IMG/VR virus record: IMGVR_UViG_3300028586_000647 | Coordinates: 1-45,313 of that record | Direction: 5' to 3' (one strand) | Source: a virus | Taxonomy: Duplodnaviria; Caudoviricetes | Length of the DNA stretch: 45,313 nt | Shown here: one piece after another, positions 35,144 to 44,829 of the stretch | Position numbering within the stretch: position 1 is the stretch's first letter | Layout of the letters: each line of letters starts with the position of its first letter | Made by a program: the position numbers and the translations under genes | The notes under the pieces: generated by a model | Database searches by the model: none | Told to the model about the DNA's origin: nothing | Seen by the model: only the letters and a program-made list of their open reading frames with translations

Positions 35144-38100
35144 GTGACCTATCCTGAATTTGAAGCCCGCTGGCGGCCAGCCGGTGGGGCTGAGCGCGCC
35201 AACTACGGTCTATTTCTCACCGAGCTCTGCGACCTACTAGGAGTGCCCCACCCAGATGCGACTACGCACAATCCAGTTCAGGACGCTTACGTATTTGAGC
35301 GAACCGTTGCGTTCGACAACGGCCCCGGCAACAAGGCCACCACTGGCCGAATTGACCTATACAAAAGGAATTGCTTTGTCTTGGAAACGAAGCAGGGCGT
35401 AGGTAATTTTACGCCATTTTTGGGGGACGAAAACGCAGATATTACACATAATAATATCGCGCACGACCCGCGCACGACCCGCGCACGACCCGCGCACGAC
35501 CCGCGCACGACCCGCGCACGACCCGCGCACGACCCGCGCACGACCCGCGCACGACCCGGCCAAACTGAGCCTGACGCAGAACGCGCAGAGTTAGGATTAC
35601 CTCCCGAAAAGTATCGCCAAGGCCATGCTACCCGAGGCACAGCCAGGTGGCGGCAGGTGATGGAAGCTGCCCGGCAGCAAGCGCTGGGTTACGTGCGAGC
35701 CCTACCGGCCAGCGAGCCGCGGCCGCCCTTCATCGTGGTAGTAGATGTAGGGTTCTGCCTCGACCTTTACAGCAACTTTGCCGGGGTAGGCGACAACTAC
35801 GTACCATTCCCCGATTCGCAGACCTATCGCATCGCCCTGGCTGACCTAGCTGACGAGGCGGTGCTGGCGCGCCTGCGGCTGCTCTTCACCGACCCGCAGC
35901 AGCTCGACCCTAGCCGCCGGGCGGCCCAGGTCACGCGGCAGCTCGCTGGCCAGCTGGCCGCCCTCTCTGCTCAGTTGGAACGAGCGGGGCATTCTTCGGA
36001 GATAGTAGCGCAATTTTTAATGCGCTGCCTCTTCACCATGTTTGCTGAGGATGCAAGCCTGATTCCCAAAGCCTCGTTTTCCGGGCTGCTGGCCAGCTAC
36101 GCAGCTACCGAGAAGCTACGGCAGCTGCTACCTGATGCGCTCGAAAGCCTCTGGCACACGATGGACACTGGCGGCTTCGCGCCTGATTTGCGGGCCCGGC
36201 TGCGACGTTTCAATGGGCGCCTATTTCATTCGGCCAGGGCCCTACCGCTCACGGCGGCCCAGCTCACTCTACTGCACGAGGCAGCCCAAGCCGACTGGAC
36301 TGAGGTAGAGCCAGCTATTTTCGGCACCCTGTTGGAGCGGGCGCTCGACCCGCGCGAGCGTCATCGCCTCGGCGCCCACTACACCCCTCGCCGCTACGTC
36401 GAGCGCTTGGTCGTACCTACCGTGCTCGACCCGCTACGCCGGGAGTGGGCCGCGGCGCAGGCGGCCAGCGCCCGCCGCCTCGACGATGAGGATGCCAAAG
36501 GTGCCCGCGCCGAGCTGGTGAAGTTTCTTACCCGCCTCACCTCCGTTAAAATCCTCGACCCGGCCTGCGGGACAGGAAATTTTCTGTACGTGACGCTGGA
36601 GCACCTCAAGCGTCTGGAGGGCGAAGTACTGACGGCCATCAACGGCTTCGGACAAACGGGCCTGCTCGACCTGGGGGCCGGCAGCACCGTAAGCCCGCGG
36701 CAACTACTGGGCCTAGAACTGAACCCGCGGGCGGCCGCCATCGCTGATGTGGTGCTGCGCATTGGCTATTTGCAATGGCACCTGCGCACCCACGGCCTGA
36801 CGCAGCTGGCCGAGCCGCTACTCGACAGCTATCAGAATATCCGTCAGCAGGATGCCATTCTCCAGCACGGCCCACCGGTACCGCGCCTTGATGCGAAGGG
36901 CCGGCCGGTGACGCACTGGGATGGACTGACCACCAAGTTGCACCCAGCCACTGGTAAGCTCGTGCCCGACGAAGCCGCCCAAGTGCCAGTACTTGACTAC
37001 CCCACCCCACAACCGGCAGAGTGGCCAGCGGCCGATTTTTTAGTCGGCAACCCACCTTTTTTGGGTGACAAAGCCATGCGCGGAGCCTTGGGCGACGGCT
37101 ACGTGGAAGCGCTACGCAAAGCTTACCGGGGCCGGGTGCCCGAGTCAGCCGACTTGGTGATGTACTGGTGGGACCACGCGGCCCGGATGGTACAGACGGG
37201 CCAGGCCGAGCGTTTTGGATTCATCACCACCAATTCTGTTACCCAGACCTTCAACCGGCGGCTAATTCAGCAGCACCTGGCCGACACAGAGCAGCCGCTT
37301 TCGCTGGCCTTCGCTATCCCCGACCACCCGTGGGTGGAGGCTACCGATGGGGCTGCCGTGCGCGTAGCCATCACGGTGGGCGTAGCCGGCGCGGGCCATC
37401 CGGGCACGCTGGCGGAGGTGATACGCGAGGTACCCGTTGTGGGAGAAGAAGCGCTGGCGGTCGAGTTGGGCGAGCAAATAGGCGTGCTCAATGCCGACCT
37501 GACAGTGGGAGCCGACGTGTCATCAGCTCAGCAGTTGAGGGCCAACGCGGGCTTATCGAGCAACGGCATGATGTTGGCCGGCGCAGGTTTCATCGTCACA
37601 GCCGAGGAAGCAGCACAGCTGGGGCTGGGCACCATACCTGGCTTAGAAAGCCGCATTCGACCCTATCGCAATGGCAAGGACCTGACTGCTCGCCCGCGCG
37701 AGGTGTACCTACTGGATATGTCTGGGCTAACGGAAGCTCAACTACTTACTAGTTATCCCCAATTTTATCAGTGGTTGGTAGAACATGTAAAGCCGGAACG
37801 CGACCACAACAATCGCAAAAAGCTGAAGGAAATCTGGTGGCAGTTTGCTGAAACCCGAAAGGGCTTGCGAACTGCTATGGCAGGTATACAGCGGTATATC
37901 GCAACGGCTGAAACGGCGAAACATCGCTTGTTTCAGTTCTTAGATAGTCAAGTGGTGCCTGACCATATGCTCGTAGCTATTGCAATAGATGACGCCTTCT
38001 ATTTGGGGGTGCTGTCTAGCCGCCCGCATCTAGTGTGGTCTCTCAAGGCGGGCGGCACTCTGGAAGACCGGCCACGTTATAATAGTAGCCGCTGCTTCCA

Positions 38101-38743
38101 AGCCTTTCCCTTCCCTACTACCACACCTGTTCAACAAGAACGCATCCGGGAATTAGCCGAGCAGCTTGATACCCTGCGCAAACGACAACAGGCCCAGCAC
38201 TCGACACTTACACTTACGGACCTCTACAACGTCGTCGAAAAACTTCGGGCTGGCCAATCACTCACGCCAAAAGAGCAGGTGACTAATCAACTGGGGCTGG
38301 CCTCGGTGGTGCTCAATTTACATCAGCAGCTGGATAGGGAGGTAACGGCGGCGTATGGCTGGGCGGCTGATTTATCCGAGACAGAATTACTCACCAAGCT
38401 TGTGCAACTCAATAAGCAACGGGTAGCGGAGGAGGTGGCTGGAGTAGTGCATTATTTGCGTCCGAGCTATCAGGCCCCCGGTCAACAACAGGCAGCTTTT
38501 ACACTCTCGGCAATCCCAATTTCTACGACTGCTCTGGCTATTATTCAACCCTGGCCTACTGCTTTAGCGGAACAAATGCAGGCGGTGAGAGCAGTAGTAC
38601 AACAGGCAGTGACTCCCATGACTGTGGTACAGGTAGCAGCTTGCTTTCAACGTACTCGTCCGGAAAAAGTGAGACCATTACTCGACACATTGACGGCGCT
38701 GGCATTAGTTCGGCCAACACTGGAGGGAACATACGCTGGGTAA
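35144..38743 (+). CDS. MmeI-like type IIL/IIG restriction-modification enzyme (fused REase, N6A-MTase and TRD)
   Basis: GRIDLYKRNCFVLETKQG nuclease motif, GAHYTP, DPACGTGNFL motif I, GNPPF motif IV; probable GTG start at 35144. Confidence 0.92.
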   Translation: MTYPEFEARWRPAGGAERANYGLFLTELCDLLGVPHPDATTHNPVQDAYVFERTVAFDNGPGNKATTGRIDLYKRNCFVLETKQGVGNFTPFLGDENADITHNNIAHDPRTTRARPAHDPRTTRARPAHDPRTTRARPGQTEPDAERAELGLPPEKYRQGHATRGTARWRQVMEAARQQALGYVRALPASEPRPPFIVVVDVGFCLDLYSNFAGVGDNYVPFPDSQTYRIALADLADEAVLARLRLLFTDPQQLDPSRRAAQVTRQLAGQLAALSAQLERAGHSSEIVAQFLMRCLFTMFAEDASLIPKASFSGLLASYAATEKLRQLLPDALESLWHTMDTGGFAPDLRARLRRFNGRLFHSARALPLTAAQLTLLHEAAQADWTEVEPAIFGTLLERALDPRERHRLGAHYTPRRYVERLVVPTVLDPLRREWAAAQAASARRLDDEDAKGARAELVKFLTRLTSVKILDPACGTGNFLYVTLEHLKRLEGEVLTAINGFGQTGLLDLGAGSTVSPRQLLGLELNPRAAAIADVVLRIGYLQWHLRTHGLTQLAEPLLDSYQNIRQQDAILQHGPPVPRLDAKGRPVTHWDGLTTKLHPATGKLVPDEAAQVPVLDYPTPQPAEWPAADFLVGNPPFLGDKAMRGALGDGYVEALRKAYRGRVPESADLVMYWWDHAARMVQTGQAERFGFITTNSVTQTFNRRLIQQHLADTEQPLSLAFAIPDHPWVEATDGAAVRVAITVGVAGAGHPGTLAEVIREVPVVGEEALAVELGEQIGVLNADLTVGADVSSAQQLRANAGLSSNGMMLAGAGFIVTAEEAAQLGLGTIPGLESRIRPYRNGKDLTARPREVYLLDMSGLTEAQLLTSYPQFYQWLVEHVKPERDHNNRKKLKEIWWQFAETRKGLRTAMAGIQRYIATAETAKHRLFQFLDSQVVPDHMLVAIAIDDAFYLGVLSSRPHLVWSLKAGGTLEDRPRYNSSRCFQAFPFPTTTPVQQERIRELAEQLDTLRKRQQAQHSTLTLTDLYNVVEKLRAGQSLTPKEQVTNQLGLASVVLNLHQQLDREVTAAYGWAADLSETELLTKLVQLNKQRVAEEVAGVVHYLRPSYQAPGQQQAAFTLSAIPISTTALAIIQPWPTALAEQMQAVRAVVQQAVTPMTVVQVAACFQRTRPEKVRPLLDTLTALALVRPTLEGTYAG
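35458..35558. repeat. Tandem repeat (CGCGCACGACC)x9 inside the R-M gene
   Basis: Nine perfect 11-bp units = 99 bp, frame preserved. Confidence 0.95.
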
Positions 38744-38766
38744 CAAATGACCATTGGCTTGGCAGT

Positions 38767-38804
38767 AAAAAGCTCGTCTCTCCAGTTTGGGATGGAGCTT
38801 TTTT
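38767..38804 (+). terminator. Terminator after the R-M gene
   Basis: AAAAAGCTC...GAGCTTTTTT. Confidence 0.65.
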
Positions 38805-38925
38805 ACAAGTAAATAACCAGGCAGTGGGGGAGAAAACGCGCTAGTAATTATATTACGGAACACGAAGGGTTTTTACCGTTATCTGGCAAGTCAGTTGGCG
38901 GTTATCTGCAGAAAGACCGATGACT

Positions 38926-38999
38926 GATGTGTAACCCATTACGCTTTCAGACAGCCAGTTTAGCTAAGAATAACCCGATGCGTAACCCATTACACTTTC
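38926..38999. promoter_or_regulatory. Candidate oriT or relaxase-binding repeats
   Basis: GATG(T/C)GTAACCCATTAC(G/A)CTTTC at 38926-38948 and 38977-38999 (21/23 identical), just upstream of mobV. Confidence 0.5.
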
Positions 39000-39018
39000 C
39001 TCTATTCTTTTCCTATTT

Positions 39019-40305
39019 ATGCCCTACGCCATTTTGGAGGTAAGTAAGCTTACCAGTTTGGCCGGTGCCACGGCGGCCACCGAGCACAACTACCGCACCC
39101 AGGACACGCCCAACGCCAATCCCGACTTAGCTGATGCTAACGTGGAATACATCAACCATGACCGTCGCAACTACTGGCAGCTAGCTACGGAGCGCATTCA
39201 GGAACTGGGGCTGCCGCGGCTACGCACCGACGCAGTGCGAGCCGTAGAGCTGGTGCTGACGGCCAGCCCCGAAGCCTTCCCCCGCGCAGCTGACCACCGG
39301 GCCAAGGACATGCGCGACTCCTCGTGGCGGCGCGACAACCTGGCCTTCGTGCTCGACCGCTTCGGGGCAAAGAATGTGCTGGGTTTCACCCTACACCAAG
39401 ATGAGATTACCCCGCACATCCACTGCGTAGTGGTGCCCATCACGGCTGACGGCCGGCTGAGCTGCCGGGACGTGTTCAGCCCAGCCAGCCTGCGCCAGCT
39501 CCAGACCGACTACGCGCAGGCGATGGCCCCGCACGGGCTGAAGCGCGGCATCCGCTACAGCACGGCCTGCCACGAAGACGTGCGCCGCTACTACGGCGCG
39601 CAGCAGATGAGCAAGGAGGCGCTGGCGGAGCTCGCCCAGCCCCTGGCCTCGCCTACGCATCGGCTGGCGGCCAAGCACGAGAAGATGACGGATGAGCAGT
39701 ACCGCCAGCAGGCGCAATCTGGCTTTACATATGTCCTTACCGTGCTACAAGGCAAGGCCAACAAGAAGATTGAGGGGTTGGCCACCGTGGCCACGGCCAA
39801 CGCGCTTGCCCACGAGCAGGCAAAGGTGCTGCAGCGTCAACTGGCCAACTGCCAGGAGCTGCTAGTTGGCACCCGCGCAGAGTTGAGCGCTACCAAAACG
39901 CAGCTTCAGCAGCAGCAGGAGCTTACCATCAAGACGCGGCTTCATCATCGGCAGGCAGTCACGCGGCACTTGCAAAATGACCCGCTGCCGGAGGCGCTGG
40001 CCACGCTGGCCCGCAATCAACGGGCCAAGCAGTTGCGCGAGGTGAACCAGGTTCTAGCGAAGCATCTGTGCCCACCCCTGCGTGAACTGGCCGACCTAGC
40101 CGCTCCTTTGCTGGCGAAGGGCTATGACTTGAAAGTTACCGGCCCCGAGGAGGTGATTGTGACGCATCAACGGGAGAAGACTCGCTTCAGCACTACCGAC
40201 CTCCAGCCCAATGGCCGTCCCCTACTGGAGCAATTTCAGCAGGTGGTAGCGCAGGCCAATCGGCAGATTCCGCCGCATGAGCGCGACAATGGAATAGAAA
40301 TGTAG
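39019..40305 (+). CDS. mobV: MobV/Pre-family relaxase
   Basis: EHNYR, AVELVLTASP and HQDEITPHIH motifs; C-terminal coiled coil. Confidence 0.92.
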   Translation: MPYAILEVSKLTSLAGATAATEHNYRTQDTPNANPDLADANVEYINHDRRNYWQLATERIQELGLPRLRTDAVRAVELVLTASPEAFPRAADHRAKDMRDSSWRRDNLAFVLDRFGAKNVLGFTLHQDEITPHIHCVVVPITADGRLSCRDVFSPASLRQLQTDYAQAMAPHGLKRGIRYSTACHEDVRRYYGAQQMSKEALAELAQPLASPTHRLAAKHEKMTDEQYRQQAQSGFTYVLTVLQGKANKKIEGLATVATANALAHEQAKVLQRQLANCQELLVGTRAELSATKTQLQQQQELTIKTRLHHRQAVTRHLQNDPLPEALATLARNQRAKQLREVNQVLAKHLCPPLRELADLAAPLLAKGYDLKVTGPEEVIVTHQREKTRFSTTDLQPNGRPLLEQFQQVVAQANRQIPPHERDNGIEM

Positions 40306-40545
40306 CCTGGCCCTACGCCCTAGGGCGACAAGCGCAGCCGCGTCAACACGGCCAGCGCCTTTATCGAGGCCGGCCGCGTGGTACTGCTGGAAGAACCCTG
40401 GAACGCGGCTCTGGTGAGCCAAGCGGCCAGCTTCCCGGCGGCCGCCCACAATAACATGCTCTACTGCCTGACGCAAGCTATCCGCCGGCACAGCGTGCGC
40501 GTCGGGCAAGGCATTACCATTCAAATTATCAAATCTCCCGAATAA
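40306..40545 (+). pseudogene. C-terminal fragment of a second, different terminase large subunit (psiM2-ORF9-like nuclease end)
   Basis: PTP*GDKRSRVNTASAFIEAGRVVLLEEPWN...SFPAAAHNNMLYCLTQA matches the DK.SR...IE.GRV.L...W...FP...HDD.VD..TQA consensus; acidic residues lost; no start codon. Confidence 0.75.
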
Positions 40546-40589
40546 ACCTACCCCTGCACCACACCTCGCAGCCCTTCCCCTGGGGCAGC

Positions 40590-41101
40590 ATGTAATACGC
40601 TCTCTACTCGCTGGTAGGGGACGAGCGCATCTTGGCCGACATGACCGAGGCCAACGCCAATCGATTCAACTCCCTGATGGCCGAGCTGGGCTACCACCTG
40701 CACCCGCTCTGGCTCGCCCAAACCTGCACCTGCACGACTCCCCCGAATGGTGGGCCAAGGTGCTCAGCTGGGACGCTACGGGCTACTGCGCGGGCGACGC
40801 GGCGGGCATCATGCCGCTGCTGCAGCACCTGCCTACCCACTGCGCTGGCGCGGCCGTGCTGGGCAAGCCAGGCCTACCCGTCGTTGTGTTTGACCCCACC
40901 CAGCCTGAGCAGCTGCGGTTTGAAACGCTGGCCGACTTCAGCACCTCGACCTACGGGCGGTGGCGGTGCGTTATGGTGAGCGAAGTGAGCATCCTGTGCG
41001 GGCTCAGCTTCTTTCCGCTAGCCTTTGCGCCTAGACTACCCCACGTGCGGCCTGAGGCGCGGCTGGCATGGGAAGCAACGAAGGGCGTGCGCACGAACTG
41101 A
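40590..41101 (+). pseudogene. Degenerate hypothetical gene (early stop plus probable frameshift), or intact 40760-41101 ORF
   Basis: ATG-TAA then open frame YALYSLVGDERILADMTEAN...; apparent continuation in another frame (HDSPEWWAKVLSWDATGY...). Confidence 0.35.
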
Positions 41102-41238
41102 CAGGCCAGCTGTGCTGAGCAGCGCAGCCATCTAGCACTCATAACGGTTAATACTGGCCCTAGTCCTATTGAAGAGCCAGGGCTTTTTTGTAGCTTGGGA
41201 CCCTATTTTTCCCTTGACAGCTCAGACAGCTCAAATAC

Positions 41239-42129
41239 ATGAAAACTGTTTTTAATCAATACTATAAAGATGCGGCTCTGTTCTTTAGAAGCTGCACAAA
41301 AAACATATATGGTACAATGAATGACTTTCCGACAATTCAGCAGACTCTAAGTTTAGCGCTTGGTATGGAACGACTGATGAAAGCAATACTATATGACATA
41401 AATCCTACATACACATTAATTGACCCAACTTTTAAAAATTCAGTCAAGCTCCTTTATAAGGAACGGATACTTTCTAGTATGCTGGAGTCGAACGAGGTAT
41501 CAAAAAATCCAAATGGTGATGTTTTAACATTTAGAAACAGTTTGCTGAGGTGTATGCTCTTCTCGCCTACTGCGCTACGCTATAAAAATATTCTTTTCAA
41601 CTTAAGCGACGCAAGAGATATTATAGTTCATAATGAATTGCCACTTCTAAATTTGGATGATTTAAAGCTATTACTTAAAAGAGATTGCTATACTGTATTA
41701 AAATCTTTTACAGAAGAGATTGACGTTAAGCCAAGTTATTTTTTAGGCTCTAATCATATAAGACTTGCAAAACTTTCAAGTGATTTACAGGATAATTTAG
41801 AAGATAAAATAAATTTAATACTTGAAACGCACCGCGCAACTTGGAACGCAGCTAAAATCAATCCTGGGTATGAGTTAAGCAAACAAACAACGACAACTAG
41901 GCTCATAGGGACACAGTTTAAAGATGGTGTAGTATGCCCTGCATGCGAGCATACTGCTGTACTTTACTTGCGACCAATTTTTGAAATGAATGAATTACTA
42001 AATAGTAAAGCCCTAATTGCTTACAAAATAATAAAAATTAGCTGTCAATTTTGCAAGCTTGAAATAAGAGAGGCTGCTATTCTAGACTTTCTAGATATAC
42101 ATGCTCCTGCTGTCGATTTATCAGAATAA
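41239..42129 (+). CDS. HEPN-like protein with a C-terminal Zn ribbon, defence candidate
   Basis: GMERLMKA helix, RDIIVH (RxxxxH), CPAC...CQFC; AT-rich. Confidence 0.7.
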   Translation: MKTVFNQYYKDAALFFRSCTKNIYGTMNDFPTIQQTLSLALGMERLMKAILYDINPTYTLIDPTFKNSVKLLYKERILSSMLESNEVSKNPNGDVLTFRNSLLRCMLFSPTALRYKNILFNLSDARDIIVHNELPLLNLDDLKLLLKRDCYTVLKSFTEEIDVKPSYFLGSNHIRLAKLSSDLQDNLEDKINLILETHRATWNAAKINPGYELSKQTTTTRLIGTQFKDGVVCPACEHTAVLYLRPIFEMNELLNSKALIAYKIIKISCQFCKLEIREAAILDFLDIHAPAVDLSE

Positions 42130-42352
42130 GGTGCTATTGCACTACTGCTTTGTCAAATAATAATTCAGCTGGCTTATTTTTCGCGCTATACTCACCCACG
42201 GCTGCTTACGCTACGCCACCCGCTGGAATCGCTACTCTGCCTTCGCCATGTGGACCGACCGAACAAGGCAGCGCAGACCACGGCTGATTGCTGCAAGGTG
42301 GCCACAGCTACTGTGTACCGGGCGATACGGATTATGGAGCAGCCAGTGAGCC

Positions 42353-42438
42353 CAAGCGGTGACTAGCAAGCGGTGACTAGCAAGCGGTGACTAGCAAGCG
42401 GTGACTAGCAAGCGGTGACTAGCAAGCGGTGACTAGCA
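42353..42438. repeat. Tandem repeat (CAAGCGGTGACTAG)x6
   Basis: Six perfect 14-bp units, intergenic. Confidence 0.95.
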
Positions 42439-42547
42439 TGAGGTGGGGCCAGCATGGGGTCGACTTCGTTATGCCTCTCTATGGGCCAGCCCTGCCACTT
42501 CAATAGTGCTTAGCTTTGATATGCAAATTTTTAAGAAGGAAATTTAT

Positions 42548-43132
42548 ATGCCCAACCCGATACTCATTCAAATTCCGCCATATTATGCTATCTATGGAAC
42601 CCTCGGAGCAGCGGTAATAGCTGCTTGCGCCTCTCTTACTTCAGCTTATGTTTCTTTTAAAACAAAAGATAGAGAATTTCGGAATGATTATTATAAAAAG
42701 ATAATAGATAAGCGACTCAGCGCTTATCAGAAAGTAGAAGGAATAATATTTCAATTGAGTAAGACAACTAGTTTTACAATTCTAAAAAATGGCAAACCAT
42801 TTGGCACTGGAGTAATCTGTAATATATTTCAGAACCATCAAGATTTTATAGATTTCCTAGCCTCTTTAAAAGATTGCCTTAGTCATAGTGTATGGCTAAG
42901 TCACGATTTCATTAATGAACTTGGGCATCTGCATGAGAATATAATTAATTCAACTGAAATGTTTGGCAGCAATCCGGATGCCGCATTAACTGAAGAGCAA
43001 TTAGCTCAAATGGGCACTGCATTCTTCGATAAAGTTGATGGAGCAAGATTGAATATGGAAATTTTGATTCGGCAAGAAATCATGGAAATACAAGATGTTA
43101 AAAAGTTTTTTAGCAGCTTGTTACCAAAATAA
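42548..43132 (+). CDS. Hypothetical protein with an N-terminal TM helix
   Basis: YAIYGTLGAAVIAACASLTSAYVSF TM segment followed by KRLSAY; TAGCTTTG -7 box at 42511-42518. Confidence 0.7.
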   Translation: MPNPILIQIPPYYAIYGTLGAAVIAACASLTSAYVSFKTKDREFRNDYYKKIIDKRLSAYQKVEGIIFQLSKTTSFTILKNGKPFGTGVICNIFQNHQDFIDFLASLKDCLSHSVWLSHDFINELGHLHENIINSTEMFGSNPDAALTEEQLAQMGTAFFDKVDGARLNMEILIRQEIMEIQDVKKFFSSLLPK

Positions 43133-43352
43133 ACTTATTAATAATCTATACTGGGTCATACCAACTTTAGCTTTAAAAGCTAGTGCTATCCCGCTGACCG
43201 TATACACCCATCGGGAGACTTACTACTGCCACGCGCTGCTCAGCAACCCACGCTACACCGACCGACCGAGCAAGGCGGCCACCGCCACGGCTGAGGGCTG
43301 CAGGGTGGCCACGTGCATCAATTATATTGCAGCATCACCTACCCGCAACTGT

Positions 43353-43760
43353 ATGGCATTCCTCATTTTACCAGACAAGAACGACCCACACACTACGTGT
43401 GTACTGAATACCGACCAGATTGAGCGTCTCGTGCTTTATGCAAATGAGCAGGAGAATGATTATACCATTACTATTGTCGGGCTTTCCGAGAAGTATCACT
43501 ATTCTTTCAAGGAGAACAGCCCAGGTTACAAGAAAATGGTGCAGCACCTAACCGACGCTCTTGGTGCACGCGAAATGGCAACACCAGCGCTAGCAGTGGG
43601 GCCAGTTGAATTGAGTGAGCTAGTCAGTCGACGTGCCGCATCAGCTCTATTTGAGTGGCGTAAAACCCTACCTAACGATGATGTCTACCCATCAGGGGCT
43701 CGAGCACTGTCCCGCATTCTCGCCAAGTATGGATTAGGGCTGGTAGACCTTCCAGCCTGA
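43353..43760 (+). CDS. Hypothetical protein
   Basis: ATG at 43353 downstream of a promoter-like TATATTGC. Confidence 0.55.
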   Translation: MAFLILPDKNDPHTTCVLNTDQIERLVLYANEQENDYTITIVGLSEKYHYSFKENSPGYKKMVQHLTDALGAREMATPALAVGPVELSELVSRRAASALFEWRKTLPNDDVYPSGARALSRILAKYGLGLVDLPA

Positions 43761-43786
43761 TATAGACGGTGAGACTATTATATTAT

Positions 43787-43825
43787 AAAAAAGGCCGCCA
43801 CGTCGTGAGACAGGCGGCCCTTTTT
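43787..43825. terminator. Bidirectional terminator between convergent genes
   Basis: AAAAAGGCCGCC...GGCGGCCCTTTTT. Confidence 0.7.
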
Positions 43826-43901
43826 ACTACAGATACAACTCTACTAGCTAGTGTTACTGATGAGCATAAGTCAATATATCTATCGATGAAAAACCAAAAA
43901 C

Positions 43902-44741
43902 TCACCTTAAATAATCAAATTGCTCTAATATATCATGGGCTATCTTTAGTAAAATTAAATACGGAATTGGGACTTGATACATAGAATACTCCATAAGGCT
44001 TCTTACACAAAAATCATATTTATTACTAATCTCCATTCCACCTTCAGGATGACTAGCACCTAACACATTTGCTATTCTCTGTATTATAACTCCCCTTGGT
44101 ATATCATATCTCTCTAATTCGTTTTTATCATTATAAAACTTTGAATAAAAAGCGACAGAATCTAACCAAGCTCCAAATTTTACCTTCCTTATTTCAAAAC
44201 ACTCCTTCATAGATTCTTTTCCCAATACACCAAAATCCATATTGACATTTGAGAGTATAAGGCCTGAAGTAGCAAACGTACTGCCTCCAACAAAACCTAT
44301 TTCAAAAAGGGCGGGCTGTAGCGCTTTTGCATATGCAGGAACGTTTAATACACTGAAATCACTTTCACCATTTGATAATAAGCCTTTGGGAATTTTGCCA
44401 GTTATCAAAGAAGTTGATTTAATCTCATTAGTCAGCTTTCCTAGCAATACATCTGGGTGAATACTTACTTTGATGCGATTATGGAAATAGGTAACTAAGT
44501 ATTGGTCGTCACGAAGAAGACGAACTACTTTAGGTAACAATGCATAAGAAATAAATTTTGATAAAGGTCTATTAATTGTTAGATAAGTATCAACATTACC
44601 TCGCATATCAACCCATACTCGCAAAATATGAGCTAGGTCTTTAAAGGCCGCTCTTTCATACCCTTTGATACATAAATCATAGTGTCTTTTTAGTCGAATG
44701 AGACTATCCTCTATATTTTCTTTGAGTTGAATAGTTGTCAT
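43902..44741 (-). CDS. Hypothetical AT-rich protein, possibly a divergent HEPN-like protein
   Basis: DLAHILRV near the N-terminus; R..II..IANVLGASH near the C-terminus. Confidence 0.6.
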   Translation of the reverse strand: MTTIQLKENIEDSLIRLKRHYDLCIKGYERAAFKDLAHILRVWVDMRGNVDTYLTINRPLSKFISYALLPKVVRLLRDDQYLVTYFHNRIKVSIHPDVLLGKLTNEIKSTSLITGKIPKGLLSNGESDFSVLNVPAYAKALQPALFEIGFVGGSTFATSGLILSNVNMDFGVLGKESMKECFEIRKVKFGAWLDSVAFYSKFYNDKNELERYDIPRGVIIQRIANVLGASHPEGGMEISNKYDFCVRSLMEYSMYQVPIPYLILLKIAHDILEQFDYLR

Positions 44742-44829
44742 AGCAAATTCTTTATTTTGTATACTAACTGCAATAACTATTTCGAATTTATTCGCTCATC
44801 GGAAAATGCTTACTGACTGCTATTCTAGT

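Noticed and set aside
11676-37752. Numerous antisense and alternate-frame ORFs over terS/terL, TMP, T9SS and R-M genes
   Set aside because: Shadow ORFs expected in GC-rich coding DNA; no recognisable motifs
10469-40595. Stop-codon reassignment explaining the interrupted ORFs
   Set aside because: Interruptions use TAG, TGA and TAA, all three terminate normal genes here, and no suppressor tRNA is present
35458-42438. The two tandem repeats as CRISPR arrays
   Set aside because: Units are contiguous with no spacers, are too short, and no cas genes are present
11211-43352. Long N-terminal extensions in the ORF track (11211, 13976, 34895, 42443, 43095)
   Set aside because: They overlap other genes, regulatory DNA or scars; family-like sequence begins at downstream starts (11592, 14045, 35144, 42548, 43353)
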